Origin: Eledone cirrhosa
Taxonomy: Eukaryota
DNA: 64,000 bases
Direction: 5' to 3'
Assembly (NCBI GenBank): GCA_964016885.1
Contig: OZ024743.1
Location: forward strand, 260,524,001 to 260,588,000
Numbering within the stretch: the first letter of the stretch is position 1; every line of letters starts with the position of its first letter. The translations under genes were made by a program, and so were the position numbers. The notes beneath the pieces were generated by a model, which saw only the letters and a program-made list of their open reading frames with translations, did no database searches and had not been told where the DNA came from. This document shows positions 54,900 to 64,000 of this stretch, piece after piece.

Positions 54900-56400
54900 C
54901 TTTCGGTTATAAAATTGACAAGAAAATACGCTGATATAAGGCTGACTTAAAACTATATAGTAAAGACAATGATGAAAACTTGAAGGCCTTTGACGTACTG
55001 TGAAAGCATTCAGTGATGACAATGTGATGGAGAGAGTGGGCTTGAAAGTGTGCCAAGGCCACGTCCAAGAAAGGGAAGTTGATAAACTCAAATTCAGTCG
55101 AATTAGATGTTGAAATGGTTATAAAAGAACTTGAGCAGACACAAACCTGTAGATACCTAGGTATAAATAAAATCTCCGGCATTCAGCATGCAAGCACAAA
55201 AGAGGAGATAAGGAATGTTATATGAGAGTATGAGCTGTTCTGAAATCTGAACTAAATTCCTTAGCAGTCCTAGTGTTAACCTGAAATATCAGTGAAATAA
55301 ACGGAATTGACACAAACATTTGTAAGTTGCTAACTTGTAATAAGATGCACCAACCAAAGGTAAATGTGGATTGTCTTTGCCTTCCCAGAACTCAAGGAGG
55401 TCGAGACTTAACCCAGTTTGAACTTTCTTACAAAACCACCACAATTGGACTGCCCAAATATATTGAAACAATAAACGGCTAAATGCTGAAACTCGTTGAA
55501 AAACATGACAGAAGTAAGAAGCTTCATTCTATCTTGGAAGAGAGAAAACACTTCGCTACTGATTTCACGATTGATATGCAAGCTGGATAGACTAAGGGAA
55601 CCGTGGAAATTGTTGTTACAAAGGAAGTAAAATTAATGGCTAAGAAAAAAGGGTATGAACAATTAGCATCGAGATGGCATGAGAAACCTCTTCGTGGCAA
55701 ATATGTGACCCGCAGTAAACAAGCTGGCACACCCATCAGTGGCTGTGTAGCTCAGGACTAAAGACAGAGGATGAGGGCTTCATCTTAGCTGCTCAAGATC
55801 AAAGTTTATTAACACGGATCTATCAATCCAATATGATGAAAAATGAAATAGATCCAAAGTGCCTATTCTGTAATGAGGAGATTGAAGCAGCGGAACAGTT
55901 AATCTTTGGATGTAAAGTTTTCACACCAGTAGAGTATAAATCAAGGCATGAAAAAGTTTGCTAATATTTACACTGTTAATGACAGAATTATAAAATCAAA
56001 ACTGCTGACTGGTGGTATAAGCATCACTCTGGAGTTTTAACTGAGAGAGAAAATGTAACGATTCTTTGGGACTTTCTTGTAGCTACAGACAAAACCATCA
56101 AAGCTAGATATTATTGTAAAAGACCAAAATGATAAAGTCTGCTTATTGATTGGTATGAGCATCCTATGTAATCACAATAATGCAGCAAAAGAATTTGACA
56201 AGCTCAGAAAATATAAAAATTTGCTCATTGAAATTGCAGGAATGTGGCATCTCAATGTGGTCAAAATACCAGTGATTATAGCAGTAAAGAAGGAACAGAA
56301 AATAATTTGAGAATGATCCTTGGTTTACCATCATTGCAAAAAATGCAAGAGATTGTTTTAACTGGTACGGAACACATATTGGGTGATAATCCTCTATGTA
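54900..56400 (+). mobile_element. decayed R4/Dong-type LINE fragment
   Basis: HQWLCSSGLKTEDEGFILAAQDQSL and EFDKLRKYKNL parallel the 41-42.6 kb ORF. Confidence 0.78.
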
Positions 56401-56539
56401 ATTCTTTTTACGTAACTTTATTGGGTTATATCCCATAATTATGTAAGTTGTGAATAATCGAGCACTCTTATATGATTGATAATCATTCTGTTGTAAATAT
56501 GAAAGTAGATAATGTGCACAATAGTGGGGATAACCACCC

Positions 56540-57110
56540 AGGGGCGACTCAGGTACCCCTAAAATCCTGAACCACCGGACGCTTCGGGGACACCCGGGGA
56601 AGGGCACACCTCCTCCTCAAATTAACCCGCCTACAAGCACATGCTCAGAGTTGGCTCATTTACACGGGCCATTCTCGCCAGATTCACCCACCTTACAGCA
56701 AATGTACTGGGAACAATACTTTTCTCTCCACCCTCACCTTCCTTTCCAAGTGAAACTTGGAGAGGAAGGTGAGGGATTGGCTGAAGAGAAAAGTATGTCT
56801 TCGGTCTTTTCAACCTAGTCCACCACACAACCTTTTTCTCTATCACCCCTAGACAGAGGAAAATTGCTTATACGCACCAACAGCTGTTCCACATAACTCC
56901 ACAAATCGGTAATACAGGAAGAGTGCGTGCAGAACGGTTTCATCGCACTGCGCGAATCTCGGGAAGGACTTCCGGGCTTGTAGAGTTTATCTCGAACCGG
57001 CTGTGCCCCCCCAGGTAGCAATGCCAAGCGAGGGATATCTGGAAGTTATCCATAAACCCCGGCTCAAAAGTCCTCCGGAACAGACCGGACAGTTCGATTT
57101 CATCAAAACC
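56540..57110 (-). mobile_element. 3' fragment of L1/Tx1 ORF2
   Basis: VWWTRLK..RWVNLARMARVNEPTLSMCL versus VWWTRLK..RWVREASMARMNGPSLNMCL; PVRDKLYK. Confidence 0.85.
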
Positions 57111-57399
57111 AAACTATTAACAGAGAAAGAAAGACAGACATGATAGAGAAAAGAATTCTCCTCTCTGAACATGAATGTGAAAATTAATTTTTCTTCCCCT
57201 TTTTATTATTATTATTACTATTATTTGCATAAATATGCAACTTAATATTATGCATATCCGCGACTGACAAAGCATTTAATGCTGAAACCGATATATTAAA
57301 TGCGGAAATAGCCACTTTGTAAATAAATTATTGTTTTGATATTACCCTGAAAGAATCTCTTCAGCATTTTCTACTGAAAAAATCTTTTTCCTTTCTACT

Positions 57400-57511
<112 letters not shown>

Positions 57512-58203
57512 GAGAGAGATACAGAGAGAGAGATATACGTTCATACACACATATATATATACACATATTCATATGAATACATAATTATACATAAAAATAC
57601 AGATATTTATATATATGCACATATATGTATGTAAATCTGAGTTTTTCGAATATTAATAATAATATTCGATTCGTTTTCACTTATGCAAAGAGCCTCTTAA
57701 GCCATCTCAGTAGGACCTCGTCATTCTTGCTCTTGTGTTGGCATAAAAAAAGAAAGGCAAACACTAATGTTTCTGGGTGATTAAACTTCATCAGTACCAT
57801 ATACTGTTTACCTGCCAACTGTCAGAGCTAGTGAAAATGTACGATATTTTCTGGAATATACAGTGACTGATCGGCCTGATTTGCATATTAGCAGACTGCC
57901 TGATCAATCTGATCTGCATATTAACACACCCACTGATCAGCCAGATAGGCCAGTCAGTTTTATGTATACATATAATTAAATATACGTATATACATACATA
58001 TAAATATACAGATATATATATATATGTATATTTATGTATGAATACATTAATATAAAAATATACACATACATATATAAATACATATATGTATATATACATA
58101 TATACACATATAGACATATATACATATATATATTAATAAAAGGAATTCCAACTTTGTCTGATTTACTCGTTTTACGACTTCACCATATATATATATATAT
58201 ATG

Positions 58204-58339
<136 letters not shown>

Positions 58340-58425
58340 CATATATATATATATATGTGGTGAAGTCGTGTGGCTGATTGGTTAGAGAACTGGATTTTTC
58401 ACTTTCCCACGTATATATATATTAC

Positions 58426-58472
<47 letters not shown>

Positions 58473-58666
58473 CGTGGGAAAGTGAAAAATCGGAGAATAG
58501 ACCGTTAAAAAATGTTTATTTAAAATATCACCTACGTACGTTTCGCCCAGTTGGGCTTCTCAAGGGCATAAATAATCACAAGTGTTCCTTATATAGTTGG
58601 GAAAGAGTTTTGGGGGTTAAATCCACATCAAGATTCATTGCTCGCAAAAATATCTTGTTTGCCATT

Positions 58667-61404
58667 ATGTTGGAGAACCAACCGTTACCCATGTCTCTCA
58701 AGTGTATCCCCTTACCCAGCAGAAAAACCTACCTTAAACTGCTTATAGACGCTACTAATTCGTTTATACGGAGAGTCAGATGGAAGGCATACCACCTGGA
58801 TAAGAACACCCGTAACCTTCCTGAACCCAAAGAGAAGTATGGCTTCAAAACATACCGAAACCCACCGCACAACACCTTACTGGACTTATTTGAAGAGGAC
58901 CTGCTGAAAATGATCAAAAACGTTAAGCTCAGAAAGAAACACCAATGCAGCAATCCATTCTTAACGTCCCTTGATACATTAATAACTAAGATCAAGAATG
59001 ACCCGCACCTCTTCGTCACCTCCGACAAAACCAAAACGCTGTACAAGATGGACGCGAGTGAGTATAAAAAATTCATCTATAAGGAACTACACAAAGACTA
59101 CAAAAAGACACCCTCTAGTACCCTAAATGACATAAATAGAGTAGGGAAGGATATAGTCACCAGCTTAGAAATAGAAAAGTACACTAACCCGTACGTCCCT
59201 CTGACGCCTAAATTCTCTCTTAAGGATCACAAATATGACTTTAATGAAAGCCCCTCTATTAGACTTATATGCCCCTCTACATCAGATATAGGTAAGATTA
59301 GTAAAGTGATCCTTGACAGAGTACTACTCGAGCTTAATAGAAAGGCTAAGGTCTGCCTCTGGGGCAACACCGACAGGTCATAAATTGGTTCACCGAGTTG
59401 CCGGATAAAGCCACCCTGAAATTCATCCTGTTTGATATAGATAGCTACTACGCCTCTATCTCCGCCATACTCTTAAATAAGGCACTTATCTTAGCTAGAT
59501 CTAACACTAGCCTCACCAAAAAAGAAATAGACATAATTCTAGCGGCACGTAGAACCATTATCCAGTTTGAAGGCTCCCACTGGACCAGAACCAACCGTCC
59601 TGATAACTTCGATGTCACGGTGGGGTCCAGCGACTCAGCGCAAGCAACTGACCTGGTTGGGATATACCTCCTACATAAGCTTAGGGAAGAAATACCGGCC
59701 CTACAAGGAGGTGTATATAGGGACGACGCCCTGTTTACCGTTAGGAACCATAGCCCCCGTAGGATAGAGAACCTTAACAAACATATACACAGGTTCTTTA
59801 AGTCATACGGCCTATCCGTAACTATGGACCTCAACCACAGGGTTGTCAACTTCCTGGACGTGACCCTGGAGTTGAGTACGGGCTTATACAAGCCATACCA
59901 TAAGCCTGGAGAGTGCCTCTCTTATATTAATTATGCCTCCAACCACCCTAAGCAGACTCTCAACTCCATAGTCTATAGTATCTCACATAGAATCTCGAGG
60001 CTATCCGCCAATGAGGATATCTTCAACCAAGCGGCTGATTACTACAATAGGGCCCTGATAAGCGCCGGCTTTAACCGAGGAATTTCCTACATCCCTAACG
60101 CTAGCTCTAGAACCCCCCCCCCTCGTAAAACTAACGTTATAGTAAGCCATACATATAACCGATCACGCGGCGACCTCGTTAAAGTCGGATATAATAGAAT
60201 AGATAACCGCACCAAAGATCACGTCCCCGGCGACGGTGAATACTGTAGATTACTCAAACTATTCCCCTATTACAAAACCAACAAAGGCGACGGCCTACTA
60301 CCAACGCCTTCCAACCAACATCTTCGTGTACATAAACATGGAAGAGGTAGAAAGAGTGCACCCGAGCATAAAGTGAAAGGGGCACCGAACGGGCGACAGC
60401 GCATTAACACACATAAGAGCGATCACTTAGATGGAACCACCCGTAGCAAAAGTACAAGGACACGTAATCGCCACCGTAACGTCCTATGGTTCCCCCCCCC
60501 CCCCACCTACTCTCGAAGTGTGGCCTCCAACATACCCCGGATATTCTTCGAAGCCTTAGAGAAGAACTTCCCACCCAACCATAGGTATAGAAAAATTCTT
60601 AATAGGAACAATATAAAAATATCCTTCTCTACTACTCCTAACCTAGCAGACATCATAGGAACAACGAACCACAGTAAGATCACCAAGACACAGCACCTCG
60701 ACGCAGACGCACCTACACCTGACAATAACTGTATCGGCCTTAACAACTCCCTGACAGCATCCAATAGTGTTGGCAACGGCATCCGCAGACGCAACCTGAA
60801 TGACCGCGAAGTGACTGGGGAACATGCAGAACATGGCGTGCGGAATAACAATCGCACCATCCCGCGTGCTGTGGGTTGTAATTGTGCTAACGACAGCTGC
60901 GGTAGCGCAGCTAGCAACGTAGGCAGCAACAATGATAGCCTTATCGTGGGAAATAGACGGAACCGCGACAGAAATTGCAACTGCCGCGACAGAGGGCGTT
61001 GCCCCCTTAGAGGATACTGCTTGGCCGATAGGGTTATATATAGATGCACTATTACTAGCCACAATAGCGTTAAACATTATATAGGGGCCACCTCCGGCCC
61101 GTTCAAAATTAGGTTTCGAACACATCTCCACTCTTTCACAAATAGAAAACTAAGGCACTCCACCTCGCTCGCGGACTACATCACATCACTAAAGGACTTA
61201 AACATTAGCTTCTCCACGCACTGGGAGATTGTCGGCAGGGCTGCACCGTACAACTTCAAGAGGAAATGCGATCTTTGCCTCATGGAGCTCTACCACATCA
61301 TAACTGCACCCCACGAGCTCATCAACAGCAGAGCTGAAACAGCGATAAGTTGTACACATCGCTTAAAAATATCCTTCTTTAGATGGGTTAAGAATGAAGA
61401 GTGA
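58667..61404 (+). CDS. Penelope-like RT + GIY-YIG protein (~912 aa) with a single 1-nt frameshift at ~59373
   Basis: RRVRWKA, IRLICP, FDIDSYYASI, GSSDSAQ, VYRDD, NFLDV, CNCRDRGRCPLRGYCL, VIYRC..HYIGAT..RFRTH, CDLC and CTH; restoring GAC(C)AG gives WGNTDQVINWF. Confidence 0.85.
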
Positions 61405-61687
61405 AATAGTACACTGGATCTCCCTGCAACAAGTCTTAACACCCCCGCGGGCAGGCGCAGCAAAATAACACCCACAAAACAATCCTTGCATACCAGACCC
61501 AGCCTCAGACAAAAGGGAAAAAAAAAAAAAAAAATTATCCGGGATAGACTGCCCTAACACCGGCCAGAGTTACCTCCCTTGACCTGCTGCAAAATCAAAA
61601 CAAGATATTTTTGCGAGCAATGAATCTTGATGTGGATTTAACCCCCAAAACTCTTTCCGAACTATATAAGGAACACTTGTGATTATT

Positions 61688-61732
61688 TATGCCCTTGAGA
61701 AGCCCAACTGGGCGAAACGTACGTAGGTGATA
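61688..61732 (+). ncRNA. minimal hammerhead motif (U3-A8 variant) in the PLE pseudo-LTR; mirror copy on minus strand at ~58526-58570
   Basis: CC-TTGAGAA-GCCC AACT GGGC-GAA-ACGTACGT-A/GG; palindromic helix III. Confidence 0.8.
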
Positions 61733-62061
61733 TTTTAAATAAACATGTTTTAACGGTCTATTCTCCGATTTTTCACTTTCCCACGTGCTTACGCTCTGCT
61801 AACTCTCTAGCCCACTAAATATTAACACTTCGAATATTTAATACTGCCGGCACTAGTATCGAGCACCTTGGCATACGCTACTTGTCAAATAACTATATGT
61901 ATCACCTATCCCTCCTTTTTCTCTCTTTCTCGATACGTAAATACTATATATATATATATATATATATACATGTAAAGTTATATTTAAAATTGTTGGGTTA
62001 CAACTAGTAAATATTTATAACTGATATAAAAGCACTCGACAAATACTTGGAGTATATTTAC

Positions 62062-62531
62062 AATATTAAATAAATGGAAAACTATATTTATAAAACCATA
62101 TTTATTTCATTATATATATTTCGGGGATATCATATTAACAATATGCTATGCCTTCATCAGACAAAATACAATATAAACAGTTTTATAGATAAATATATTC
62201 GACATACCGTAATAAACATCAACTTCATTTGAAGAGGTTCACTCTAGCAGTGAAAATACAGAGAGAAAGAAAGAGAGAGAGAAAAGAGGGAAATAAGAAA
62301 GAAAGAAAGACGAAACGAAGAAAAGGAAGAAAAAGAAGAAAAAGAAGAAATGCATGGGACAAAATAGAGAGATGGAAAAATAGATAAAGCGAAGAGCTTC
62401 ATGTAAAGAGACCGAAAGAGATATATATATATATAGAGAGAGAGGAAATAGAGATAGATACATATATAAATATAGATATAGAAAAATTAGGTAGTGGGAG
62501 GTCATTTTGAGTAAGTGTATCAATGATGCAT

Positions 62532-62566
<35 letters not shown>

Positions 62567-62874
62567 GCTCAAGTATTAATGTAAGGGAGATATAGAGAGA
62601 TATAGAGAGATATAGAGAGAGAAAAATTTAAAAATAGCCAGACATATTCGAGGCGTAGAAAACCCTATGTTTTAATGTATTAGTATTTATAAAACTTACA
62701 CTATATTGTTTCATTCAGGAATACTGATATTTACAATATAGTGTAAGTTTTATAAATACTAATACATTAAACATAGGGTTTTCTACGCCTCGAATATGTC
62801 TGGCTATTTTTAAATTTTTCTCTCTCTATATCTCTCTATATCTCTCTATATCTCCCTTACATTAATACTTGAGC

Positions 62875-62909
<35 letters not shown>

Positions 62910-63371
62910 ATGCATCATTGATACACTTACTCAAAATGACCTCCCACTACCTAATTTTTCTATATCTATATTTATATATGTATCTATCTCTATTTCCTCT
63001 CTCTATATATATATATATATCTCTTTCGGTCTCTTTACATGAAGCTCTTCGCTTTATCTATTTTTCCATCTCTCTATTTTGTCCCATGCATTTCTTCTTT
63101 TTCTTCTTTTTCTTCCTTTTCTTCGTTTCGTCTTTCTTTCTTTCTTATTTCCCTCTTTTCTCTCTCTCTTTCTTTCTCTCTGTATTTTCACTGCTAGAGT
63201 GAACCTCTTCAAATGAAGTTGATGTTTATTACGGTATGTCGAATATATTTATCTATAAAACTGTTTATATTGTATTTTGTCTGATGAAGGCATAGCATAT
63301 TGTTAATATGATATCCCCGAAATATATATAATGAAATAAATATGGTTTTATAAATATAGTTTTCCATTTAT

Positions 63372-63379
<8 letters not shown>
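62062..63379. repeat. 1.3 kb palindrome (~648-bp arms, 23-bp spacer)
   Basis: Track ORFs 62239-62523(-) and 62918-63202(+) are mirror images; spacer at 62710-62732. Confidence 0.95.
63273..63338 (+). ncRNA. type I hammerhead motif in the palindrome arm; mirror on minus strand at 62103-62168
   Basis: TATTTTGT-CTGATGA-AGGCATAGCATATT GTT AATATGATATCCCC-GAA-ATATATAT-A/ATGAAATA. Confidence 0.75.
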
Positions 63380-63433
<54 letters not shown>

Positions 63434-63435
<2 letters not shown>

Positions 63436-63575
63436 CGAAGGAAAAGTTGTAAGGAACCAGGTGGACCATAACGCAGCAACGTACTCAATACTTAGGGTAG
63501 TAGAGTGGGTAATAGGAGTAAGTAGGACCCCGACGGCTGAGCTCAAGCCGTTTCGACGGCTAATTCAGTACAATA
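63434..63575 (-). mobile_element. fragment of the same small element family as 19665-19875 (3' half of hammerhead + tail) between (TA)n tracts
   Basis: Minus strand reads GAATTAGCCGTCGAAACGGCTTGAGCTCAGCCGTCGGGGTC; GAAGGAAA..GTAAGGAACCAG.TGGACCATAACGCA is shared with ~19668-19707. Confidence 0.82.

Positions 63576-64000
<425 letters not shown>

Larger units (their letters stand above)
58472..61945 (+). mobile_element. near full-length Penelope-like element with 189-bp inverted pseudo-LTR copy
   Basis: 58472-58660 is the reverse complement of 61598-61786; (TA)n flanks. The 3' boundary is approximate. Confidence 0.92.

Noticed and set aside
58370-58666. N-terminal extension of the 337-aa track ORF
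   Set aside because: Reads through (TA)n and the inverted pseudo-LTR; the real start is more likely the ATG at 58667.
58667-61404. Selenocysteine-type (Naiad) Penelope element
   Set aside because: The endonuclease is C-terminal and there are no internal in-frame TGA codons; the break is a frameshift.

Overview
Eukaryotic, AT-rich, repeat-saturated DNA with no convincing host protein-coding exon. The SINE repertoire and microsatellite load point to a cephalopod (octopus-like) genome, which is an inference. Main contents: (1) a ~9.3 kb 24/22-bp minisatellite with higher-order duplications; (2) a full-length L1/Tx1-clade LINE (minus strand, intact ORF2, ORF1 broken only at two poly-A runs) sharing one (TAA)n array with a 5'-truncated R4/Dong-type LINE; (3) two Penelope-like elements (RT plus C-terminal GIY-YIG) with inverted pseudo-LTR copies; (4) decayed CR1-, RTE-, Tx1-, Dong- and mariner-like fragments and about 20 tRNA-derived SINEs; (5) a ~1.95 kb near-identical duplication and a 1.3 kb palindrome. 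The most interesting layer is non-coding. At least six distinct type-I hammerhead ribozyme motifs can be folded by eye: two in the Penelope-like elements and the rest in small ORF-less units in or next to (TA)n/(GA)n tracts. One of these has a retrozyme-like 321-nt repeat period. They co-occur with recurrent fold-back palindromes centred on or abutting (TA)n. Most ORFs in the supplied track are microsatellite artefacts.
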